Translations under genes and position numbers: made by a program
The notes under the pieces: model-generated
Told to the model about the DNA's origin: nothing
Databases searched by the model: none
The model's input: the letters and a program-made list of their open reading frames with translations, nothing else
Shown here: piece after piece, positions 9,633-20,542 of the stretch
Layout of the letters: each line of letters opens with the position of its first letter
Numbering within the stretch: position 1 is the first letter of the stretch
DNA from: Candidatus Latescibacterota bacterium
GTDB taxonomy: Bacteria; Latescibacterota; UBA2968; GCA-2709665
Length of the DNA: 64,000 nucleotides
Assembly (NCBI GenBank): GCA_965219455.1
Contig: OZ244744.1
Coordinates: 576,001-640,000 of the forward strand
Direction of reading: 5' to 3'

Positions 9633-10748
9633 CTAATCGTCTGGCCAGATGTCTTCCAGTATAATGCGTGATCCCTTTCGTATACCGTTCACCCTGACCT
9701 GGGAAGCCCACAAAGGGCGTACAATGTCGTTCATCATGCCATCGGGCACTTCTATGATATGTGCCTCTCTGCCTTCTCCGATGATCTTGATTCTGTTTCT
9801 CGCATCGCTCGTCGCGTCTGCGTATCGCAGTACCCCTCTCAACTCGACCGGTTCGGTTTCGAATTCTTTCAATTCTTCATGAACTGGAAGTGGCGGAAAT
9901 TCAGACGCGGGCGTAGAAACGTCTACGAAGCGTTCCGTGCCGTTTCTCAGTGACGTCAGACCTACCTGGCGGATCCGCTCCCCGTCCGGGGCAATCTTCC
10001 TTGAAAGACCAATGAAGTTCCTGAAGTACGCAGGGTCGGATATGCGATTCCGAATCTCTGAAATTCTGGATTGGCTTACCATCTCCATTAAGTCCATGAA
10101 TTCATCCAGTACGTCATTTGTGGTTAATACCCCTGGCAGAAATAGCTGCCCTGTTGGACGGCCTAACTTCAAAGTCACGGCAAAACTCGCGGCCCTTGGC
10201 GTAGAAACGAACAGTTCGTAGTTTTGTGCTATATCCTTTTTAGGTCGCCCTCTTTCCCTGAATGGCTCTTTGCTGCGGCGTTCTACGATACGTTGAATAA
10301 TCTTTGATGAGTTTTCCACGCGCCCAAAAACCTCACCTTGACTCACCATACCCAGACCCACATGCTGTCCGGAAAGACTCAACTGGATTTCGCCCTCTCC
10401 CAGTGATATTCCCCTTAGTTCAAGGTGCCGCCTGAAATTGATCTGCTCCAACAGGTCGCGCAGTTCCTCCGCAATCTGCGAATCCGGCTCACCAGCGAGG
10501 GCTTTGCTGGCTAACTGTTCTGCCAGTCGCGGTTTGTTGCAATCCAAAGCAAGCCACCCTGCACTACGGTGTAGTATCGAGTAAGTCGGCTCCACCGGCT
10601 CCAACATCCCACCAAGGGCCTTGAGCTCCAAATCCAATGCCTGGTCAAACAACTCCTCTGATCGCTTTTGGTTTCCTCGACGCCGTTCTTGATCGGCGAA
10701 AAAAGCCGCTTCCATGGCTTCGTCGTGGTATTTATCAACGGCACTCAT
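9633..10748 (-). CDS. Hypothetical protein with helical (TPR-like) N-terminus; partner of the upstream nuclease-like gene
   Basis: 371-aa ORF with EPTYSILHRSA..LALDC..IAEELRDLLEQ; start overlaps the restored upstream ORF. Confidence 0.7.
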   Translation of the reverse strand: MSAVDKYHDEAMEAAFFADQERRRGNQKRSEELFDQALDLELKALGGMLEPVEPTYSILHRSAGWLALDCNKPRLAEQLASKALAGEPDSQIAEELRDLLEQINFRRHLELRGISLGEGEIQLSLSGQHVGLGMVSQGEVFGRVENSSKIIQRIVERRSKEPFRERGRPKKDIAQNYELFVSTPRAASFAVTLKLGRPTGQLFLPGVLTTNDVLDEFMDLMEMVSQSRISEIRNRISDPAYFRNFIGLSRKIAPDGERIRQVGLTSLRNGTERFVDVSTPASEFPPLPVHEELKEFETEPVELRGVLRYADATSDARNRIKIIGEGREAHIIEVPDGMMNDIVRPLWASQVRVNGIRKGSRIILEDIWPDD

Positions 10749-11270
10749 TTTTTCTTACCTCTGCGATCGGCGCCCCGAATTCTACGACGATAACGTAAAT
10801 TTCCAATTTAGGATCATCCGGCCGGTCCGTTTGTCGCAACTTTTCATTTACTCTTTTCTAATGATTCGATTGTCGCCTTTGCGAATACCCGATATTTCCA
10901 GACCGGCTTTATTCGCGAAACCCTCATCGGACGTCTTCCCCATCCAATAATCAAAACCTGTCCCCTTCCGGGATTGCCGGACAATTTCATACCCGGTTAT
11001 CGCCTTCGCGATCAATACTGCAACCCCCACGGCGCCGTACTCCGTAGCATTCTCCGGATCGTTCCATGTCAAACGAGACTGCTCAGTAATACACGGCCAA
11101 ACAACGGCATAGCAGTTCTTATGGTAACCTCGGACTGTAAGTGCCACACCATGCTCATGTCCCTGAGACTCCATACAAACGCCACCAACTTCGGCCAAGG
11201 CTGCACCAACTGCCGGTGAGATCGCAGTTATGGAGCCTTTACCTAACTCATTCAAATCCAGCATTTTCAA
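10735..11270 (-). pseudogene. Putative PD-(D/E)xK-like small protein, frameshifted near 10855
   Basis: GTGFDYW...LEISGIR motif; adding one A in the AGAAAAGAG run extends it as RVNEKLRQTD...YVIVVEFGAPIAEV to a stop at 10735. Confidence 0.55.
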
Positions 11271-11802
11271 ATTCCGTGACCATGTAACCTACCAAGGATG
11301 CCTGTTGGAGACGACGTCCGTAACCGGACGATTCTGTTGTCACCGACCGATGGTCTTTGAGTTATATTCACGAGCCGAGCAAACGAGAAGCAATAGTGCT
11401 ATACTACAAGAATCACAGTTAACCTGAGAACATTCTGAAATCCAAAGGAGAGGGGGCTAATGTCAAGAGGCCGGCTTACAGGCACTTCAACATGTCGCGA
11501 GGGACCCCGCGCGGATACAGACGAGACCGCAGGGAAGGAATGGGCTAATTAATCCCGTAACCTGACATCCGTACTTAAATCGCGATACGCGATAACAGGT
11601 CTGCTTTTGCGCCGGCAGCAAAGATGAATGGAAGTCACGTCAATGTCAACTGTGGAAATGACCGGCGATATCTCATTAGGTCGTGTCTCAAATAAGAGTA
11701 TAGGCGATTACGTTAATCGTGAATCGGTACTGCACAGAAGTATCTTCGATATGGTGGTACAATACAGAGTCGCAAAGCAGACCAAACCCAATACTGCACA
11801 TA

Positions 11803-11830
11803 AGTATAGTATATTTAAAGCGATTGTCAA
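11803..11830 (-). promoter_or_regulatory. Putative sigma70 promoter
   Basis: TTGACA-N16-TATACT on the minus strand, facing the 11270-9633 gene pair. Confidence 0.4.
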
Positions 11831-12007
11831 GGCGTCGATGGATGATCTGAACCTGGCAATTAGAATAATCACAGCTTGATCTGGTTTTGCGGGTCCGTTT
11901 TTCTTTTTAACCTATCCATCCTTTTTCAACGGTTTTGGTTTGCCGCATTTTTTGTGTCTTTTGTGCTTTTTGTGGCTTTCTCTGTTTTCGTTTTTTCCTG
12001 CGGTTCC

Positions 12008-12066
12008 ATCCTGCTCATCCTGCCTGCCTGTGCGTGTGGCACGCACGCAGACAGGTCCATCCATGT
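12008..12066 (+). repeat. ATCCTGT/ATCCATGT repeat, copy B, containing a 33-bp palindromic insert (12023-12055)
   Basis: ATCCTGCTC ATCCTG[CCTGCCTGTGCGTGTGGCACGCACGCAGACAGG]TCC ATCCATGT. Confidence 0.85.
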
Positions 12067-12106
12067 GAGTTGTTTTTGGTTTGATTGCCGAGAGGGAGGT
12101 CGCGCG

Positions 12107-12718
12107 ATGCCGTATATCGATGTCATCCCGCCAGATAAGGCCACCGGCCTGTTGAAGAAGCTGTACGACGACGCTATGTCCCGCGGCGGGCGGATTTGGG
12201 GCATTATCTCCATCATGAGCCTCAACCCCCCCGCCATGAAGGCTTCGCTGGATTTCTATGGCGTTCTGATGCACGGCCCCTCCCCTCTCAGCCGCGCGCG
12301 GCGGGAGATGCTGGCCGTTGTGGTATCAACCACGAATCACTGCGTGTACTGAATACGCGCGCACGCCCACGACCTCCGTGCCGAGGTCGCCAGCGATTTT
12401 GGAGTTGAGGACGACGACGAGGCCGACCGGCTGGTCCATCAGTTGGCCGCGGACTGGCGCGGGGCTGACCTGCCCCCCGCCGACCGCGCACTGTGCGCCT
12501 TCGCGGAAAAGCTCAGCCTGGATCCGCGGGCTGCAACGGCGGAGGATATAGACGGTTTGCGCGGGCACGGCTTCGACGATCAGGGCATCCACGACGCGAC
12601 CCAGATCATCGGCTTTTTCAACTATATCAACCGCGTGGCCGATGCGCTCGGCGTCGAACCCGAATCCTTCACTAAAGCGTGGGAAGAATCCGGCGAAGAT
12701 CCGCAAAGCGAAGTATGA
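12107..12718 (+). CDS. AhpD/carboxymuconolactone decarboxylase-like peroxidase, selenoprotein (Sec codon TGA 12350-12352, CxxU)
   Basis: ORFs 11876-12352 and 12443-12718 share a frame; read-through gives REMLAVVVS..NHCVYUIRAH...FNYINRVADALG; GGAGG RBS. Confidence 0.85.
12370..12389 (+). promoter_or_regulatory. Putative bacterial SECIS hairpin
   Basis: CGACCTC-CGTGCC-GAGGTCG: 7-bp stem starting 17 nt after the UGA, G at the second loop position. Confidence 0.65.
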
Positions 12719-12719
12719 A

Positions 12720-12736
12720 ACATGGATGCACAGGAT
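12720..12736 (-). repeat. ATCCTGT/ATCCATGT repeat, copy C
   Basis: ACATGGATGCACAGGAT immediately after the ahpD-like stop codon. Confidence 0.8.
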
Positions 12737-12891
12737 AAGAACCGGGAAACCCAAATCCCGATTTTCACGTAAACCACAGTATTGGCGCGAATCCGTGGTG
12801 CGGATGAAGTCTTGGAGGGCAGATAACGGGCGGGGTGTGAATGGGTGAGATATCAGGGAGGACGACAGATAGCTGAGTGGTCAATCAGGCA

Positions 12892-13182
12892 TCATTCGTG
12901 AAAAGCGAGGCGCTCAACGCGAATCTCATCGGCCTTCTGCATTGCCTGAGCAAGATCGTAGGCCGCCTGCATCCGGTACCACGTTTGTGCGCCTCCGCCG
13001 AAGGCTTTGTCCAGACGAATCGCCATCTCGGGTGAAATGCCGGTCCGGCCATGCACGATATCGGACAGATGTTTGCGGGCGACACCGAGTTTTTTTGCGG
13101 CTGCAGCAACGCTCAGACCAAGCGGTTCCAGGCAATCGTAACGCACCGACAGTCCAGGATGCGGCGGATTTTTCATCGGCAT
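12892..13182 (-). CDS. higA: HigA-family antitoxin (HTH), no adjacent toxin
   Basis: MKNPPHPG...[24 protein letters not shown]; AGGAGG RBS. Confidence 0.9.
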   Translation of the reverse strand: MPMKNPPHPGLSVRYDCLEPLGLSVAAAAKKLGVARKHLSDIVHGRTGISPEMAIRLDKAFGGGAQTWYRMQAAYDLAQAMQKADEIRVERLAFHE

Positions 13183-13318
13183 TTTCTCCTCCTAACGACA
13201 ATGAGTGAAAGATAACGCATCTCCTCGCGGAATCAAAATCCCACATGCTTCATCGGCTGGACAGATGTACTCTCCAGATATTTCGCTGATCCTTTTCTCC
13301 GACAGCCGAAGCATGAAA

Positions 13319-15297
<1,979 letters not shown>

Positions 15298-15322
15298 CAT
15301 GGATGTACAGGATAGGCAGGAC
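15298..15322 (-). repeat. ATCCTGT/ATCCATGT repeat, copy D (5' exon of the intron; continues at 13318-13311)
   Basis: Rejoined site GTCCTGCCTATCCTGTACATCCATG|TTTCATGC matches copy C (ATCCTGTGCATCCATGTTTCATAC). Confidence 0.85.
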
Positions 15323-15631
15323 AAGGACCAAAAACGACTATGATTCGTGTGACTATAACGATGGGCTGTGATTCGAGGCAAGAGCGGCGAAGCGCGGGGC
15401 ATGGATGTTTAAGATGGCCGTTGCGGTTAACACGACGCACCTGATATCCGCTGTAGCCCTTCCGCTACCACGCGCCCTGATCATAGAAAATTCAGTCCAG
15501 TCACGGTAACCGCAGAACGAGACTGCTTTTTGCCGTGTTTCAGATGGCAAATCGGATTTCGCTCGCCTTTCCTGTCCGCCCATCTGCCTTGGCCGCGGCA
15601 ATCATAGTTTAATCATAGTAATCACATTATT

Positions 15632-15807
15632 GTCCTGTTCATCCTGTCTAACCATAGTTTGATGGATTTTTTTTATTTTGGGAATTTACCGTGAATCCAT
15701 GACGGCGTTCGGGCGTCTGTTTATTAGCAGCCTGTTGACAATGCATCCACCGGGGCCAGCCGGTTTCATGGTTATATTATCCTGTCCATCCTGTATATCC
15801 ATGTTAA
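15632..15807 (+). repeat. ATCCTGT/ATCCATGT repeat, copies E (15632-15657) and F (15779-15807)
   Basis: GTCCTGTTCATCCTGTCTAACCATAG; ATCCTGTCCATCCTGTATATCCATGTTAA. Confidence 0.8.
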
Positions 15808-17488
15808 CCCCAATTATTCACAAAAAAGGTAGTTTCCTTACCCAAGTCATTGTGTTATATTATGGTTAGCCAAATAACCAAATAACAATGAACTTGGAGG
15901 AAACTACCGTGGAAGTTCAAGATAATCAACTCGCACTTCCTTTCGCAAGTGTTTCGGGCAAGCAGGTGGAAGCCGTCTTCGATGGCGGTGTGCTCACCAG
16001 CGATATCGGGTTGATGCTGCTTCGAGAGGTGGCGTCCAGAATCGGCATCCTGTCTCGGATCGTCGAGGCGTTAACGGACCGTCGGCATCCAAGTTATGTG
16101 GATCACACGATGGTGGACCTGATCAGCCAGCGTGTCTTTCAGATCGCGTGCGCGTATGAAGATGCGAACGATTGCAATGTGTTGCGCGAGGACCCTGCGT
16201 TCAAGGCGGCCTGTGATCGGTTGCCGATATCAGGGGCGCCGTTGGCCAGCCAACCCACGATGAGTCGATTGGAAAACGGGATTCGTCGCAGGGACTTATA
16301 TCGTATTGCCGAGGCCCTTGTGGACGGATTTATCGCGTCCTACGATAGGCCTCCCGACGCGGTCGTTCTGGATATCGATGACACCGATGACGAGGTTCAC
16401 GGCAAGCAACAGTTGTCGTTGTTCAATGGCTATTACGATGAACGCTGTTACTGTCCCTTGCACATTTATGAAGGCCGGACAGGAAGACTGATCACGACGC
16501 TGCTGCGTCCGGGCGCCCGTCCTACCGGCAAACAGATTGTCAGCATTCTTAAGCGACTGGTGAAAATCCTTCGTGAGGCGTGGCCGGACGTGCGACTCTT
16601 TTTGCGTGGCGATGGCCATTTTTCCTGTCCTGAGGTCCACGACTTTTGCGACGAGCAAGACGTGTATTTTGTGCTGGGACAGACGGGCAATGCCAGGCTT
16701 GCACAACGGGGACACGCGTTGATCGAGCAGGCAAAGGCCCAGTATCGGGAAACCGGACAGCCCGTGCAGTTATTTACCTGTTTCGCTTACCAGGCAGATA
16801 CTTGGGCCGTGCCAAGGCGCATCATCTACAAAGCTGAAATCACCGCTTCCGGACAAGCCAATACACGCTTTGTCGTCACCAACCTGAAAAGTAGCCAGCC
16901 CTCATTCATCTACAAAACCGTCTATAGCGCGCGCGGCAGGATGGAAAACTTCATCAAGAATCACAAAACCTTCCTCCATTCCGATCGTACCTCCTGTCAC
17001 ACCTTCGAAGCCAATCACTTCCGTCTCTTCCTGCATAGTGCCGCTTATGTCTTGATGCAGACCCTTACCGAAAAAGGACTCCGGGCGACCCAATGGACGC
17101 ACGCCCAGTTTAATACCATTCAGAATCGCATTCTCAAAGTCGCCGGGAGAGTGTCCGAACTCAAAACCAAAATCAAACTCCATTTGCCAACATCATTTCC
17201 CTTGAAACACCTCTATGACACCATCCTCTGTAATTTGGCAAAGGCATATCCATAACGCCGTTTCACCACCGCCGATCCATCCCTTTCTCATCGCCACCAA
17301 GTAAGACCAAGGCATCCGTCTGTCCTTTCCAACCACAAATCAAAGCACTCGACACCCCTCAATGCTGACGGCACACCCAAAATTACTCATCATCGCGTCA
17401 CCAACACGTCATTCGACTATTTTCCCTTCTACAGATCACTTTCTACTTCCAAAAACACTGTTCCGTTCAGTTTCATGAATTAGTCAGG
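15808..17488 (+). mobile_element. IS1380-family insertion sequence (second, distinct element)
   Basis: IRs CCCCAATTATTCACAAAA / reverse complement CCTGACTAATTCATGAAA; TTAA duplication at 15804-15807 and 17489-17492. Confidence 0.88.
15888..17255 (+). CDS. IS1380-family DDE transposase
   Basis: FDGGVLTSDIG, LASQPTMSRLEN, DIDDT, RGDGHF and ENFIK motifs. Confidence 0.92.
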   Translation: MNLEETTVEVQDNQLALPFASVSGKQVEAVFDGGVLTSDIGLMLLREVASRIGILSRIVEALTDRRHPSYVDHTMVDLISQRVFQIACAYEDANDCNVLREDPAFKAACDRLPISGAPLASQPTMSRLENGIRRRDLYRIAEALVDGFIASYDRPPDAVVLDIDDTDDEVHGKQQLSLFNGYYDERCYCPLHIYEGRTGRLITTLLRPGARPTGKQIVSILKRLVKILREAWPDVRLFLRGDGHFSCPEVHDFCDEQDVYFVLGQTGNARLAQRGHALIEQAKAQYRETGQPVQLFTCFAYQADTWAVPRRIIYKAEITASGQANTRFVVTNLKSSQPSFIYKTVYSARGRMENFIKNHKTFLHSDRTSCHTFEANHFRLFLHSAAYVLMQTLTEKGLRATQWTHAQFNTIQNRILKVAGRVSELKTKIKLHLPTSFPLKHLYDTILCNLAKAYP

Positions 17489-17522
17489 TTAATTCTTCGA
17501 ATCGGAAATGCGGGAGCCGGTG

Positions 17523-17708
17523 ATGAGCAGACAGTTGACGGCATTTATCGAGCGGGTCGGCGACGGGTATGTCGCGCTCTGCCCCGAGTTGGACATCGCG
17601 AGCCAGGGGAACACGATAGCCGAATCGAAGGAAAACCTGAAGAAAGAACTGGAATCGTTCCTCGAGACGGCGTCAATTGCAGAGATCAAATTCCGGCTGC
17701 GCGAGTGA
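17523..17708 (+). CDS. HicB-like antitoxin, orphan, possibly truncated
   Basis: LTAFIERVGDGYVALCPELDIASQGNTI; VYTTRIE continues in frame after the TGA. Confidence 0.7.
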   Translation: MSRQLTAFIERVGDGYVALCPELDIASQGNTIAESKENLKKELESFLETASIAEIKFRLRE

Positions 17709-17781
17709 GTCTACACGACGAGGATAGAGGGCAGGGATTGTCCAGGTGCATTGATGGCGATCCTAACGACAACAGCATGTG

Positions 17782-17807
17782 ACATGGTTGAACAGGATAG
17801 TCAGGAT
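17782..17807 (-). repeat. ATCCTGT/ATCCATGT repeat, copy G
   Basis: ACATGGTTGAACAGGATAGTCAGGAT. Confidence 0.75.
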
Positions 17808-17873
17808 TAAAACCACAATTCCACAAACGATGTCGGTTGTTTCCTGTTGTTTTTGTTGACAGGTATTTTTTTA

Positions 17874-17907
17874 TTGACTATAATGATCATAGTCATAACT
17901 ATAGTCA
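17874..17907 (+). promoter_or_regulatory. Putative TA promoter/operator
   Basis: TTGACT overlapping the inverted repeat TGACTAT-N7-ATAGTCA, with a second ATAGTCA, just upstream of the antitoxin. Confidence 0.55.
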
Positions 17908-17929
17908 TTTACTTGGCCGAGGGGAGAGC

Positions 17930-18157
17930 ATGAATTCCATTTCAAAGAGCAAGCTGAAAGCCAACATGCTCCGCATCTTTCGCGAGCTTGAGAAATCCGG
18001 CGAAGAACTGATTGTCACGGATCGCGGTCGCCAGGTGTTGCGCATTCAGCCTGTATCGAAAAAGAAGACCGTGGACGACGTGTTTGCCGCGCTTCGGAGC
18101 CGGGTCGTCTTTCGCGAAAACGCGGGTCCGGCCGTCGGTCGAGAGAAAGGACCGTGA
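17930..18157 (+). CDS. Phd/YefM-family antitoxin
   Basis: ISKSKLKANMLRIFRELEKSGEELIVTDRG; overlaps the PIN gene (GTGA). Confidence 0.8.
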   Translation: MNSISKSKLKANMLRIFRELEKSGEELIVTDRGRQVLRIQPVSKKKTVDDVFAALRSRVVFRENAGPAVGREKGP

Positions 18158-18537
18158 TGCTCCTCCTGGACACGTCGCCCCTGCTGTTCTGGACCCTGGA
18201 CCCCGATCGGCTGTCTGCAGCCGCGGCGCAGGCTGTATCGGATGCAGGTCAAATCGCCGTCAGTGCGGTATCGATTTGGGAAATCGGTACCAAAGTTAAG
18301 AAAGAACAACTGGTTATGCCGATATCGGTCCGCGAATATACCGATAGACTCGAGCAGATCGACCGCTTCGAAATCCTGCCCGTCTGCGCGCGGACCCTGA
18401 TCCGGAGCGTCGAGCTCGACTGGGACCATCGCGACCCTGCCGATCGGATCATTGTCGCAACCGCCAGCCTGAACGCCTGCCCCATCGTCACCTCCGATTC
18501 AATAATCCAGGCGTTCTATTCACAGACCATCTGGTAA
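18154..18537 (+). CDS. vapC: VapC/PIN-domain toxin
   Basis: LLLDT..LLFW, SAVSIWEI and HRDPADRIIVATA motifs. Confidence 0.9.
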   Translation: MMLLLDTSPLLFWTLDPDRLSAAAAQAVSDAGQIAVSAVSIWEIGTKVKKEQLVMPISVREYTDRLEQIDRFEILPVCARTLIRSVELDWDHRDPADRIIVATASLNACPIVTSDSIIQAFYSQTIW

Positions 18538-18582
18538 ACCTGGATTGACGACGCCCCACCATCGAGAGCAACACCCAACTTT

Positions 18583-18861
18583 ACATGGATGCACAGGATA
18601 AAGACCAAGAATCGAAACGTCGCGCAGATCGCGATTACATCCTGTCCACCGTGTCCAACCGGTTTCCCTAATCACACAAAATACATTAATCGCGTGACCT
18701 ATGACTAATTGACAGTATACCCTTTAGATCCACGTTTGTCGGTGTTGGTTTGAGAACTTCCCGTGTGTCCGCAACGGCTCCGGGAAGTCTTCTTTTCAGC
18801 AGAGTTAATCAGCGAACGCCGGTCTTGCAGTTCATGGTTTCCGTCCTGTTCATCCATGTAA
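18583..18861. repeat. ATCCTGT/ATCCATGT repeat, inverted pair H (18583-18599) and J (18843-18861), degenerate copy I (18639-18654)
   Basis: TTACATGGATGCACAGGAT ... GTCCTGTTCATCCATGTAA. Confidence 0.8.
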
Positions 18862-18933
18862 GCCGCGCGTGCCTTAATCACAGTCGTTCTTTTCCCCTTT
18901 TCACCTGGGAATTCACGAGGTATATTCAAAGCG

Positions 18934-19392
18934 ATGACAACGCGAGATTTTACCGCAACCACGTTCGTCGTTCAGGACGGCAGGACGTTGTTGCTATTCC
19001 ATAAACGGCTTCGCCTGTGGCTTCCGCCGGGCGGACATATCGATGAGGACGAACTGCCGTGCGATGCGGCGGTCCGTGAAGTGCGGGAGGAGTGTGGGCT
19101 GGAGGTGGCCCTGCTCTCGCCCCGGTACCCGATGGGGACGGTGGAGGTGCTGAGCCGGCCCGAATGTATCTTGCTGGAACAGATCTCGGCCGATCACCAG
19201 CACATCGACCTGATCTATTTCGCGCGGGTGACCGGGGGCAGTCTGAAGGTGGCGGCCTCCGAGGCTGAGGGATACCGCTGGTGCGCCCCCGAGGACCTGG
19301 AGGAAGAAACGATCGCGGAAGACATACAGCGGCTGGGAAAAATGGCGATCGAGGCCGTGGAAACCCGAGGAACAAGCACACGCGACGTGTAA
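18934..19392 (+). CDS. NUDIX hydrolase
   Basis: GGHIDEDELPCDAAVREVREECG Nudix box. Confidence 0.9.
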   Translation: MTTRDFTATTFVVQDGRTLLLFHKRLRLWLPPGGHIDEDELPCDAAVREVREECGLEVALLSPRYPMGTVEVLSRPECILLEQISADHQHIDLIYFARVTGGSLKVAASEAEGYRWCAPEDLEEETIAEDIQRLGKMAIEAVETRGTSTRDV

Positions 19393-19470
19393 TCGATGGA
19401 TATGAACCGTTTGAGATTGCCCGATCAAGGGCGTTGATGGGTCCTGGTTGAAGCGCTCGAGAGGAACGAC

Positions 19471-20418
19471 ATGCCGTTGGCCAACGCGGTGGTGGACGAT
19501 ATCCTGGAACTGATCGGCGAGACGCCGATGGTGCGGCTGAACCGGCTCGTGGAACCGGGCATGGCCGAGGTGGCCGTTAAAATCGAGGCCGCCAACCCCG
19601 TGGCTTCGGTGAAGGACCGGATTGCGGATGCGATGATCGAGGCGGCGGAACGGGACGGCAGCCTGAAGCCGGGCATGACAATCGTGGAGCCGACCAGCGG
19701 GAATACGGGCATCGGCCTGGCGCTGGTGGCGGCGGCGAAGGGATACCGGCTGGTCCTGACGATGCCGGATTCCATGAGCCGCGAAAGGCGGGATCTCTTG
19801 CAGAGCTTCGGCGCCGACGTGGTGTTGACGCCGGGCGCGAAGGACATGCAGGGCGCGGTGGACGAGGCGGAGCGTATCGTGCAGGAGGACCCCGCCGAGA
19901 CGTTCATGCCGCAGCAGTTCGCCAATCCGGCGAATCCGGAGGTGCACCGCCGCACAACCGCGCGTGAGATCCTGGAATCGGTGGAGGGGCGGCTGGACGC
20001 GTTCGTGGCCGGCGTGGGAACGGGCGGCACCATCACGGGGGTGGGCGAGGTGCTGAAGGCCGAACTGCCCGGGATGCTGGTCGTTGCGGTGGAACCGCAG
20101 CGGTCCAACGTGCTGTCCGGCGGAGCGCCCGGGCTTCACGATATCCAGGGCATCGGCCCGGGATTCGTTCCCGGGGTCCTGAACATGGAGATCTACGATC
20201 GCGTAATCTGCGCGACCGAGGCCGATGCGTTCGAGACCTCCAGGCGGCTGGCGGCCGAGGAGGGAATCCTGAGCGGTATATCGGCGGGTGCGAATGTCTG
20301 GGCCGCGCTTCGGGTGGCGGAGGAGTTGGGCGAAGGCCGGCGCGTGGCCACGGTGATCTGCGACTCGGCGGAACGATATTTCAGCGTGCCGGGTTTCATG
20401 GAACACGATGAGACCTGA
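19471..20418 (+). CDS. cysK: Cysteine synthase A
   Basis: SVKDR, PTSGNTG, GVGTGGT and IQGIG motifs. Confidence 0.93.
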   Translation: MPLANAVVDDILELIGETPMVRLNRLVEPGMAEVAVKIEAANPVASVKDRIADAMIEAAERDGSLKPGMTIVEPTSGNTGIGLALVAAAKGYRLVLTMPDSMSRERRDLLQSFGADVVLTPGAKDMQGAVDEAERIVQEDPAETFMPQQFANPANPEVHRRTTAREILESVEGRLDAFVAGVGTGGTITGVGEVLKAELPGMLVVAVEPQRSNVLSGGAPGLHDIQGIGPGFVPGVLNMEIYDRVICATEADAFETSRRLAAEEGILSGISAGANVWAALRVAEELGEGRRVATVICDSAERYFSVPGFMEHDET

Positions 20419-20542
20419 CCGCCAGGTCCCTGAACGGGCGCGGATTTCGACCGTTCCCCGAACCGTTCGACCTTCGGATTTCGATCGACCTTATGAACTG
20501 GCGCGTCGGAAAGTGCCGGTTCCCTGATTTAAGGAGATTTTG

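Noticed and set aside
11728-11807. Direct repeat TACTGCACA(G/T)AAGTAT, two copies 64 bp apart, as a CRISPR remnant
   Set aside because: Only two 16-bp copies, no third unit and no cas genes.
8946-12106. Hydrophobic N-terminal extensions of the ahpD ORFs (from 8946 and 11876) and ORF 11628-11879
   Set aside because: The extensions translate T-rich repeat DNA and the real starts have GGAGG RBSs at 9123 and 12107; ORF 11628-11879 has no recognisable motif.
17706-17708. TGA in the hicB-like gene as selenocysteine
   Set aside because: Not at a Cys-equivalent position and no SECIS-like hairpin; decay is more likely.
18994-20406. Long antisense or overlapping ORFs (e.g. 18994-20406, 57164-58429, 52044-53345, 62803-63927)
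   Set aside because: Shadow frames of well-supported GC-rich genes.
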